Shown here: positions 40,981 through 50,011 of the stretch, piece after piece
Layout: each line of letters opens with the position of its first letter
Position numbering within the stretch: position 1 is the stretch's first letter
Source: Actinomycetes bacterium
GTDB taxonomy: Bacteria; Actinomycetota; Acidimicrobiia; Acidimicrobiales; JABEUL01
Length of the DNA stretch: 64,000 nucleotides
Assembly (NCBI GenBank): GCA_021777355.1
Contig: JAJYDO010000001.1
Location: forward strand, 2,941-66,940
Direction of reading: 5' to 3'
Notes under the pieces: generated by a model
The model's database searches: none
Told to the model about the DNA's origin: nothing
Seen by the model: only the letters and a program-made list of their open reading frames with translations
Made by a program: the position numbers and the translations under genes

Positions 40981-42805
40981 TCCTTCTCCTGAATCGTCAC
41001 CCGCTGGACTAATAATTGCTGCTGGAAGTGTGCTTCGACTAGATGAACTAGACCAGGTAATTGCAAATATTCCTGACACTTTAGAGATTATTGGATGGTG
41101 TGCATATCTTTCCCAAACGACAAGCTCGTGGGCGGAAAATACATTTTCTGTGAAATGCTTGGATTTAAATGCAATTTCAGGTGAAATTGATGAAAGCATT
41201 TGTGCAAAAGCAAGATCAGCAATGGATCTTTTTGGCAGTCAAGATGACCCAAAGCTCGAGGCTTTCGTCTTAGAGAAGCTCTATTCCGAAGCCGAAGAAT
41301 TAGTTCTGGCAACCGAAATGGTAAAACTGGTGAGAAGCCAGTTGAATTCGAAGGACCATAAGATTTATTTCCTGGGTAATGATAATAATGGATCCACCGC
41401 AGTAAAAACTGAGCTAGAAGATTTCTGCAATCTTGAGATACTTGAGCTTCCACCTAAATCTTCGCGTGACTTTAGGACTCGAGTAAATAAATATGTCCAG
41501 GGTCTCAGACTGGAAGGCAGAATCAGTCATGCAGTACCCGACCTGATTGAAAGAACCGATAATGAGTGGCGTTTTAGGACCTCATTGCCGCGGCAGTCAT
41601 TTTGGACGGAAAAGAAAAGTTATTATTCATTACCCAAGGGAGAGATATGTTTGCTGTCCTCCTACGCAAATAATTCAAGATCTATCTTAAACTTAAGTTC
41701 TTTATTTCCTCGCAATACTCACTGGATAGTGACTACTCTGTCAGCAAGACGAGCATTACCAAAGTCAGCCAAATGGTCTTGGCTTTGGGCGCATGCTAAC
41801 AAATCGCATCAGTGGTCCTGGCCTTTGCTGCCAACAGACAAGACTGAGATAAGTGCTCCTAAGTCAGACAGTGGACTAGGGAATGGTTGGCCAGCCAACT
41901 CCCAAACGTTATCACGCTGGGAAGAAATCGACAGGGCGTTGACCGCTCGAATGATGTCATGTTGGGACAATTATTTAGAGAAATATAGCCCAAGACTAGT
42001 TGTCGTGGCGAACCAATGGGACATTGAGGGAGCTTTTGCGCTCCGAGCAAAAGAGATGGGTATTGCGGTACTGCAAGTTTTTCATGGGGCAACAGGAGGA
42101 CATTTGTACCGTGAACACAAAGTAATTGGAGACTGCATGGTTATTCCTGGAAAGTACTGGGCCGACACGCTTCCAGTCGTTTCACGGCATAAAGCTCTCG
42201 TTGTAGGATCGACTCCTGACATCGCTAATAGCACCCCAGATGTTCCACGGCGCTTGACATTTTTCTCTACATTTATTTCGAACCAATCTCGCATGGTGGC
42301 AGAAGAAGAATATAAGTCTATGGTCAAGGCAATCTGTCATATTCGGAGCGTTTCAGGCTGGTTAGTGGTAATGCGCCCTCATCAACTTGAAAACCCTTCT
42401 CTATTTTTAGAATATTGGCGAAATAGCACCACCGATGATCCTCCGATTATACTTTCAGCACATAAAGAAACTCTCATTGAAGCAGTCAAGAGTACCGGAG
42501 TTGCACTTACGTTCCCTTCTTCAATACTTCTTGCTTGTGCATCAGGTGGAGTGCGTGCAACGATACCTGGGTGGATACCTTTCGAGTGGCGTGAGGGTGT
42601 AGAGTCAGTGTCTAATGGAAAATTGGCCGAATTTGCTTCTAATCCCGAAGATATAGGAAAGATTCTGGAGGCGCAGATTCTGGCTGCCGAACATGATGGC
42701 CCAATTGATTCTGGCGATTCTGACTTACTGGCAAGATTTGGAGTTGGACACGACGAATTCCGTGACTGGATATCGTCGACAACTGCAGGATCTAAAAGCA
42801 AGTAA
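40967..42805 (+). CDS. 612-aa orphan protein, possible GT-B-like nonulosonic-acid transferase
   Basis: The ORF overlaps the pseI 3' end by 14 nt. It has no TM or signal sequence. The C-terminal half has alternating beta/alpha character, with VFHGATGG and VVMRPHQLENP blocks that recall the HP motif of capsule/sialyl-type transferases. This is a weak inference. Confidence 0.65.
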   Translation: MILVNPSPESSPAGLIIAAGSVLRLDELDQVIANIPDTLEIIGWCAYLSQTTSSWAENTFSVKCLDLNAISGEIDESICAKARSAMDLFGSQDDPKLEAFVLEKLYSEAEELVLATEMVKLVRSQLNSKDHKIYFLGNDNNGSTAVKTELEDFCNLEILELPPKSSRDFRTRVNKYVQGLRLEGRISHAVPDLIERTDNEWRFRTSLPRQSFWTEKKSYYSLPKGEICLLSSYANNSRSILNLSSLFPRNTHWIVTTLSARRALPKSAKWSWLWAHANKSHQWSWPLLPTDKTEISAPKSDSGLGNGWPANSQTLSRWEEIDRALTARMMSCWDNYLEKYSPRLVVVANQWDIEGAFALRAKEMGIAVLQVFHGATGGHLYREHKVIGDCMVIPGKYWADTLPVVSRHKALVVGSTPDIANSTPDVPRRLTFFSTFISNQSRMVAEEEYKSMVKAICHIRSVSGWLVVMRPHQLENPSLFLEYWRNSTTDDPPIILSAHKETLIEAVKSTGVALTFPSSILLACASGGVRATIPGWIPFEWREGVESVSNGKLAEFASNPEDIGKILEAQILAAEHDGPIDSGDSDLLARFGVGHDEFRDWISSTTAGSKSK

Positions 42806-42935
42806 TTGTGAACAACTTTGAATTAATTTTGTATCATTTGTGACTTGTCAAAGGTGCACCAGGACCAAGAACCAGGAAGTCAGATCTAAAATAGAGTGAG
42901 TATTTAGACTGAAGAAAAGGGCAAAGTATTTAAGC

Positions 42936-43169
42936 ATGACTAGTTTCGAGTTCCAAGATAGTTTACTGAGTGAAAGTAATTTTGATTCCTGCATACTTCT
43001 CAACTTTCGATGTCACGCTATAAGTCTTTTTGCACGACAATCAAAGATAATCATTCAACCAGATGGAGAGTTGACGTTTTCACGGTTTGAAATTCAAAAA
43101 GCACAAGGTGTCCTGCAAGAACGAATTTTCCTAGAGTCGAAGCGTAAAATTCGGGGAGTTAGATTTTGA
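42936..43169 (+). CDS. Hypothetical small protein (77 aa)
   Basis: It is the only ORF in the 360-nt spacer, and it overlaps the TTG start of the next gene by 4 nt. It has no recognisable motif. Confidence 0.3.
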   Translation: MTSFEFQDSLLSESNFDSCILLNFRCHAISLFARQSKIIIQPDGELTFSRFEIQKAQGVLQERIFLESKRKIRGVRF

Positions 43170-44308
43170 GCGGATGGAAAATTCCGTTGATTACCCCTGA
43201 AGTAGATGATCAGGATGCACGCGCTGTCTACGACGTAGTCTTAGCAGGGGATGTGGCCGTCGGTCGCGAGCAGGAGCATTTTGAGAGAATCGTTACCGAT
43301 ATCACGGGGGCTAAATTTGGGGTTTCTTTATCAAGCGGTACCGCAGCTCTACATTTGGCGCTTCTCGCGTTGGATGTGGGCCCAGGAGATGAAGTTATAG
43401 TCCCCGATTTGACATATATTGCCTCAGCCAACCCGGTCCGTTACGTAGGTGCGGCACCTGTTCTTGTCGACATCAAACCAGATGACGGAAATGTGGACGT
43501 AGACATTCTTAACGATTTTATAGAGGAGCGGGTCAGAAGAAACTATATTCTCCCAAAAGCAATTATTGCCGTTCATGTTTTAGGAGAACCATGTGACATG
43601 GAGAAGTTATTGGCTATATCGAAAAATTACGGAATTCCCATTATCGAAGATGCCGCCCAATCTTTTGGGGCAACTTACGGGGCAGGCAAATTAGCTTATA
43701 AAGCGACTGGGTCCATTGGAAAGTTCGGAGTGCTTTCTTTCAGTGGAAACAACATAGTTACCACAGGCGGAGGTGGCATGTTGCTGACTAATGACGGAGC
43801 TCTTGCTTCAAAGGTAAGACATCTCTCCACCCAAGGCAAGCTCGCCAACAATAACTTTGACCACAATGTAGTAGGCTATAACTACCGACTTTCCAATATT
43901 GCTGCCACACTTGGAATTGTCCAGGCAAAGAAATTATCTGCTTTTATCAAAGCTAAACGCTTAATTTACTACCGTTATAGAGAGAATCTGGAACTCATAA
44001 GTAACATTAGGATGATCGCCATAAACCCAATCAACAATGGATCCTGTTGGCTCTCGACAGCCGTATTTCAAGATAAAAAAACTCGAATTAAAGTCGAGGC
44101 AAGCTTGAGATCTAATGGCATTGAGTGCAGTACACTCTGGACGCCAATCCACAAGCAAGCTCCATATATTGAAGCACCCTTTGTAGGTGCAGGCGTTTCC
44201 GTCGACTTGGCAGAAAGATCTCTAAGTCTGCCGAGTTCCACTTCCCTGAGAGAATCGGAGCAGAAGGAAGTTATCGACACAATTATTTCGACGCTTGTTC
44301 ACATTTAG
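43166..44308 (+). CDS. DegT/DnrJ/EryC1-family sugar aminotransferase-like protein lacking the conserved PLP lysine
   Basis: LSSGTAALHLALLAL, GDEVIVPDLTYIASAN and IIEDAAQSFGA. The lysine block reads LSFSGNNIVTTGGGGM, with AAC (Asn) at 43751-43753 where the family has Lys. Confidence 0.85.
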   Translation: MSGWKIPLITPEVDDQDARAVYDVVLAGDVAVGREQEHFERIVTDITGAKFGVSLSSGTAALHLALLALDVGPGDEVIVPDLTYIASANPVRYVGAAPVLVDIKPDDGNVDVDILNDFIEERVRRNYILPKAIIAVHVLGEPCDMEKLLAISKNYGIPIIEDAAQSFGATYGAGKLAYKATGSIGKFGVLSFSGNNIVTTGGGGMLLTNDGALASKVRHLSTQGKLANNNFDHNVVGYNYRLSNIAATLGIVQAKKLSAFIKAKRLIYYRYRENLELISNIRMIAINPINNGSCWLSTAVFQDKKTRIKVEASLRSNGIECSTLWTPIHKQAPYIEAPFVGAGVSVDLAERSLSLPSSTSLRESEQKEVIDTIISTLVHI

Positions 44309-44812
44309 CGGCTAAACACCATGGTTGTTATTTGACGGCATAAATAGTAGAAAATCTAGTCATAGTTTCTGAAAAACAGCTATTTCGGATGAAGAATTCA
44401 AAAGCTACCCAACTATTTAGCCGAGTGTTGTGCGAGCTTTAACTTGATGTTTTTCACCAAAAGTGTTTTTCGTAGTCAAATAGATTGATTCGAATTTCAA
44501 TTAACTAACTCGCAGGCATGAGCTAATCAGATATGTCATCTTTGTAGCAAATCGGGCTAATTTTCGACTTTTTGCAGCATTGGCCCTCCGTCTGAAAATT
44601 TGACATAAATTGGTACCAAGGTTCGAAACGGGTATCAACCACTAAAGTGCAATGACTACCAGGCAAAATTTTGGCTATTCGACCAATTTATGAATATATG
44701 CACATAAATATTTAGAAATATCTTTTAAGGTCGATATAGTATTTGGGTTATGCAATTGGCCTGAATAGGCCAAGTCCTGATTTAAAGATGGTAAAGATAG
44801 GACAATATCAAA

Positions 44813-46870
44813 TTGAAGCAAAGAGAAAACCGCGGAGAGAAACAAGGTAGTTTTCGGTTTCATTTATTTCTTATTTTGACATCAGTCTCACTGATCTTAT
44901 CCGGTTGCATCGGAACTGTTGGCGGGCTAACTTGGAATAATAATCCATTTTCGCTAGTAATAACTGTATCTAACCCTACATCTACTAATTTGTCGGACTA
45001 TCCTGTCCAGGTAAAAATAACCGGACAAAACTTTACCTCATTAAGCGGTGCTTATGGCGCTCCGGAATTAGAAGTTGCAGACTTTTTAACCGCCAAACAG
45101 GCGAACTATTGGGTTCAAGAGTGGAACGTTATTTCTGAAGTAGGCATTGTCTGGATAAAATGCCCGGAAATTGAAGGAAATGGAGATGCATATTTTCTTA
45201 TCGCCAAAGCTGCCAGCGAAGCAAATTACGGAAGCGGGCAAAACGTATTTCCGTTTTTTGAAGATGGAACAAATCCAGCTCTTTGGAGCAATACTGCCGG
45301 TGGCGGACCCTCTGTCACTACAGGTATGCAAAGTTACATCAATATAACAAGTAATTCGACCGTAGTTGACGACGGGAACTACAACGCAAATCCTGCCATG
45401 GTAAAACTTCCAAATGGAGATATCTTGCTCACATATGTCAGTGGAACAATGCATGTGAGTGTTCCATACGTGATGTTAGTCGAAAGTAAAGATAATGGCC
45501 GGACTTGGAGCACTCCAAGAATGATTTTCGACACAAGCGGAATGGACCCGGTAATTTTCGAAATTCCATCCGGAGGATTGCAGTTGTGTTTTGACAAGAG
45601 CCAGTCAGGAACCGGGTTTATTGGCATGGCATGTATGACTTCTAACGACAATGGAGTTACCTGGACACTTCCACAATTTATGACCTCAAACCCGTACGAA
45701 CTTTTTGCAGTGGACCAGGTTGTGACGGTTGGATCCACCTTATACGCAAGTGCATATGGACAACTTAGCTCACCAACCGGCCCTGTTAGCGTGAACTTGT
45801 GGGTCTCTTATGATTTTGGAAATACCTGGTCAATACTCTCAAATATTGTAACATCACCTTCAGATCCCACTTGCAACGAATCTGGACTTGCATATCTTGG
45901 AGCTCAAGAATTTGTTGTGGTTCTCAGATCCGGATCAAACTCTACTACCTATGAAAGGTTTAGCAACGATATGGGAGTTACGTGGGGGCCGTTAATTGAC
46001 ATTGGAAATCAAGTTGGAGTATTGCAATATCCCACACTTCAACACTTAGGCAACAATCTCGTTCTCACTGCTCGTGAAGCTTATGAACGGGTGCCTGGAA
46101 CCTATAGTACTTCCACTCGTGAAACGGCAATGTTTATCTCCAGTGACGAAGCCAAGAGTTTCAGTGACCCAACCCTAGTAGATAGATACACGGGCCAACA
46201 AATTGATGGGGGCTACGGACAGTTGATTATTGTCAACAATAATCAAGGCTTGTTAACCTATTATGCGAATCTTCACACGCTACGACAGCCCTCAATTCAA
46301 TTCGCTACAATTAATTTTGGCCAATATCCCCTTGCGGATCAGGGTGTAGGAATTTCTCAGTACTTCGAAAATGGTTTCGCATCCCGGTCATTTTCACCGA
46401 TAAACGGACCATACCAGGTGTTCGCAAGCTCAATTGGCTTTGACGCAGTTAACGGAAATCAATTGGAACTTAGTTTATTGGGTGAAAGCCAGAATAATTT
46501 GAACACAGCCGTAACAATTGGCACATTATTGACACCCTCGGGGAGTGTATATCCATCGAACAGCATCGAATTTTCAAATGGATCTCAGCTAGGATCAACA
46601 CTTGCAGCTTGGCAGCCTTCGGTCAATTACGATTTTTCGGTTACTGTAAATCCTAGTTCAGATTCGATCATGGCGCAGGTTTACAACAGCGACTTAGTTC
46701 CCGAAGGAACATCTTTTTCGGGTGCAATTCAATCAGGAACTAATGGATCGCTAACTGGGATAACTCTAGGAAGCGGAACTGCAGCAGTCGATACTTTGAG
46801 CGACGTTCCTTGGATCTTCGTCACACCTTATGCTCAATCGCCGCCCCAGGTTGCGATCTCTCCTGATTAA
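44813..46870 (+). CDS. Predicted lipoprotein with DUF2341-like N-domain and BNR/Asp-box (sialidase-like) beta-propeller
   Basis: The signal peptide has the lipobox LSGC, with the Cys32 codon at 44906-44908. There are four SxDxGxTW Asp-boxes (SKDNGRTWS, SNDNGVTWT, SYDFGNTWS, SNDMGVTWG) and one degenerate box (SSDEAKSFS). YPVQVKITG...VWIKCPEI resembles DUF2341. Confidence 0.8.
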   Translation: MKQRENRGEKQGSFRFHLFLILTSVSLILSGCIGTVGGLTWNNNPFSLVITVSNPTSTNLSDYPVQVKITGQNFTSLSGAYGAPELEVADFLTAKQANYWVQEWNVISEVGIVWIKCPEIEGNGDAYFLIAKAASEANYGSGQNVFPFFEDGTNPALWSNTAGGGPSVTTGMQSYINITSNSTVVDDGNYNANPAMVKLPNGDILLTYVSGTMHVSVPYVMLVESKDNGRTWSTPRMIFDTSGMDPVIFEIPSGGLQLCFDKSQSGTGFIGMACMTSNDNGVTWTLPQFMTSNPYELFAVDQVVTVGSTLYASAYGQLSSPTGPVSVNLWVSYDFGNTWSILSNIVTSPSDPTCNESGLAYLGAQEFVVVLRSGSNSTTYERFSNDMGVTWGPLIDIGNQVGVLQYPTLQHLGNNLVLTAREAYERVPGTYSTSTRETAMFISSDEAKSFSDPTLVDRYTGQQIDGGYGQLIIVNNNQGLLTYYANLHTLRQPSIQFATINFGQYPLADQGVGISQYFENGFASRSFSPINGPYQVFASSIGFDAVNGNQLELSLLGESQNNLNTAVTIGTLLTPSGSVYPSNSIEFSNGSQLGSTLAAWQPSVNYDFSVTVNPSSDSIMAQVYNSDLVPEGTSFSGAIQSGTNGSLTGITLGSGTAAVDTLSDVPWIFVTPYAQSPPQVAISPD

Positions 46871-47476
46871 TGTTCGGCTGGCTGTATAAAAAAGTACTAT
46901 AGGTAATTAGTTGCTAGGAATTCTTTTCCCGGTAACTTATTAAAATTAAACCGAATCGGAATTCTAGCTTTGCTTCATCAACGAATTTGTGTTGCCAACT
47001 TCTATACCCGATGGCACTTGGCTTGGCGTTGACAATGCTCTTTTTGTAAAATTTTGTACTTAAAAAGTTAAGAAATGCACCTAGAACTAGTCTTTAGAGA
47101 AGCGCAGAATCCTCTATTTGAATTTAACCACTATTGACTAGTTTATGCTTGAGTAAAATTTGTCCCTCATAAATGGGGTGAACTGCAAGATTGAGTTTTT
47201 TTGGCTGCTTCTGCATCTCGTTTGGCAAGGCTGCATCATTTTGCATCTAGTTTTTAGGGGCTTTCGGCGCGTCATCTGTTTTAGCTCTTTAGCAAGGAAC
47301 TCTCAATTCAAATAATTTTCTCTTGGAACTTTGTCCATTTACTCTGGTTTCGCTAACTTTTTGGGTCTAATCGATTTGAGTATATCGAAATTAAAAATAT
47401 TCTAAAATTAAAACTTGGCATATTTGTTGCTATATGCCACATTGCGCGTTCTGAATTTGGCGGATCAAATTATAAT

Positions 47477-48277
47477 TTGATGATAAACTACCCTGGCATG
47501 GACACTGTAAATCAAGGCGAAAGAATTATCGCTGTTTTGCAGGCCCGAATGACTTCAACAAGACTTCCCGGGAAAGTCCTAATGCCCTTAGCTGGAGCGC
47601 CACTGTTATCTCGAGTCATTGAGCGCGTTTCGCGAATTTCTGGTTTAGACGGGATTGTCGTAGCTATTCCCAGTGGAGATAAGCAACTTCCGATAGTGGA
47701 ACTTGTGGCGGGCATTCCAGAAGTTGACCTAGTTTCCGGATCGGAAGACGATGTTCTTGACCGCACTTTATATGCTGCAACCTCGGCAGGCGCTACTGCC
47801 ATTGTTAGAATTACCACAGATTGCCCATTGATAGATCCAGAAGTAAGTAGTGCTGTACTGGGCGCATTTCGCAAGCTGGGGATTTCATATGCCAGAACCG
47901 CTATTTCACATGGTTATCCTATGGGATTTGATACTGAGGTGATTTCAGTTGACGCTCTGAAAATTGCTGCAAGCGAGTCCAGTGACCCGTACGAACGAGA
48001 GCATGTTACCCCTTTTATATGGAGACAACCTGAGCGGTTTGAGTCAATTGTTTTATCATGCATGCCAGATCGAAGACACTGGCGGCTTACAGTAGATACA
48101 CCTGAAGATTATCGACTCGTATCTACAGTTTACGACGAACTAGCTAACGTTTCGCCTAGCTTTGGGATGAGAGAACTAGATGCTCTTTTTAAAAGACGAC
48201 CCGAACTTCTTGAACTGAACGCTGGCACCGCATCAACTCCATACATTGGTTTACCCTCTTCATATGCATCCTCGTAA
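47477..48277 (+). CDS. SpsF-type cytidylyltransferase (CTP_transf_3 family)
   Basis: IIAVLQARMTSTRLPGKVL, VRITTDCPLIDP, YPMGFDTEV, REHVTPFI and RLTVDTPEDY are blocks typical of SpsF/FlmC-like nucleotide-sugar cytidylyltransferases. The start is uncertain (TTG 47477 or ATG 47498). Confidence 0.82.
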   Translation: MMINYPGMDTVNQGERIIAVLQARMTSTRLPGKVLMPLAGAPLLSRVIERVSRISGLDGIVVAIPSGDKQLPIVELVAGIPEVDLVSGSEDDVLDRTLYAATSAGATAIVRITTDCPLIDPEVSSAVLGAFRKLGISYARTAISHGYPMGFDTEVISVDALKIAASESSDPYEREHVTPFIWRQPERFESIVLSCMPDRRHWRLTVDTPEDYRLVSTVYDELANVSPSFGMRELDALFKRRPELLELNAGTASTPYIGLPSSYASS

Positions 48278-48829
48278 TTAGGTCGAACTGGCATCCGCTG
48301 TTAAGTTCAACTAGAAATAATTTAAAGGGTTTGTGATCTAACTTAAACCGGCATTCTCAAATAGAGCTACTGGGTCGTCCTATGATTGGCAAAACGGGCA
48401 AATTATCATTGTTGATCTCTCATGGGCCATAATCAATGACTTGGTTTCATATCGGTCTGAAGGGTAAATGTGGGATGTTCAAGAAATGATACGCAGGATG
48501 CATTTGATATTTAGCTTTTACCCAACAATTTTTTGGATGGAGAGTAATTTGAAAATGCGGAGTTTTGAATTTTGCCAGTGAATTTCAAGGAGTTTACAAA
48601 GTCAAATCTTTTCAACCTAAGACTATTTTCATTCTGGCCGATAAGCGGTAATACTTGGCCTCATTACGACTTATTCCTAAGGTAAGAAGGGTGGATCTGG
48701 AGTTTCTTAGGCATTTTAGGAGTGGCAATACTTTTTGCTCTTTTGGGTTTAAAGAACACAAATTGGCTATTTTGTCAACTAGCATGAGGATAGTTATTGG
48801 AAATACAAGCAACGGAAAGTTATTTTTAA

Positions 48830-49933
48830 ATGCCGGACCAGGTTAACTTGGATAAGACTTCAAGGATTAAAATACTCTACGGAGTAGTCGCAGATGAGCA
48901 CAATATGAATGCTCAAAGCCAAAATGCAAGAGAAATCGGGTTGAGGTTAAACAGAGATGAATTTGAAATTAGCTACTTTGCAACTAATCCCGATCCAAAA
49001 CTACTGCAAAGAGAGAACGTAAAAATATTGATGCTTCCAAGGAGGCTCAAAACTATTACCTTTGTTAGGCGATATCTTCGGCATGACTACGACGTACTTA
49101 TTTATCCACCTTTCGATCACGTAGCTACAATAATAGGAAAACTGAAATGGTTAAGGAGACCTTCAAAAGTTGTTTATCCTATAGAAGGTACTCTCGAACA
49201 AGTTGAGTCTTCGTGGGCTGCCAAAAATCTTCTAGGTCTGATCGAGAGTGCAGACTTGAGGGTATCGCTAAGCAAGTTCATTGCGGACCAATTCATGTCA
49301 AAAAAAGGGTTAAGTTCAGTTGTTATACCAATTGGAGTAAACGTTGAAGATTTTGGGAATGTAGATAGATCCAATAGACATGGTCCGGTCAAGATTATAT
49401 CTATCTCTTCATTTATTCCACGGAAGAACTTACACTTCATTTTGGAAGTAGCCAAATCGGTGGCTCAAGATAAAGCCGAATTTCTAATTGTCGGCGCACC
49501 TCATGGGGATGCTACATATCTTGAATCGATTAAGAGGCAGGCAGACGAGCAAGGTATCCAAAACATTAGATTTTTGGGGCATAAAAACCGAGAGGAAGTA
49601 TCAGCACTGCTGAAAGAAGCTGATTTCCACATCCTTACGAGCCACATGGAAGGAACCCCGAAAGTAATTTTGGAAGCTGCTGCCTCCGGGCTTCCCTCAG
49701 TTATATTCGATGACTATGGAGCTCCTTCAGTAATTCATTGTAAGACTGGGTTTCAGGTAAAAAGTGACCAAGATTTCATAGACAGTGTAACTAAACTCGT
49801 CGATGACAAAGAGTTGCGTTTATCAATGGGCCAAAATGCATTTGGAATCATTAGAGAATTCTCATGGGACGATATTTCTATTTCATGGGAAAAAGAACTA
49901 AAGAAATTGTTTGGCATTAAATCACACTTATAG
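48830..49933 (+). CDS. Glycosyltransferase family 4 (GT-B)
   Basis: EX7E motif EGTPKVILEAAASGLPSVI. 367 aa. Confidence 0.82.
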   Translation: MPDQVNLDKTSRIKILYGVVADEHNMNAQSQNAREIGLRLNRDEFEISYFATNPDPKLLQRENVKILMLPRRLKTITFVRRYLRHDYDVLIYPPFDHVATIIGKLKWLRRPSKVVYPIEGTLEQVESSWAAKNLLGLIESADLRVSLSKFIADQFMSKKGLSSVVIPIGVNVEDFGNVDRSNRHGPVKIISISSFIPRKNLHFILEVAKSVAQDKAEFLIVGAPHGDATYLESIKRQADEQGIQNIRFLGHKNREEVSALLKEADFHILTSHMEGTPKVILEAAASGLPSVIFDDYGAPSVIHCKTGFQVKSDQDFIDSVTKLVDDKELRLSMGQNAFGIIREFSWDDISISWEKELKKLFGIKSHL

Positions 49934-50011
49934 TCTAAATAGTAGTAAAATATCCTTTTGAAATTGTACGCTTATGCAATTACTAGTCATTAATTTCCAG
50001 AAACGAGCTTT

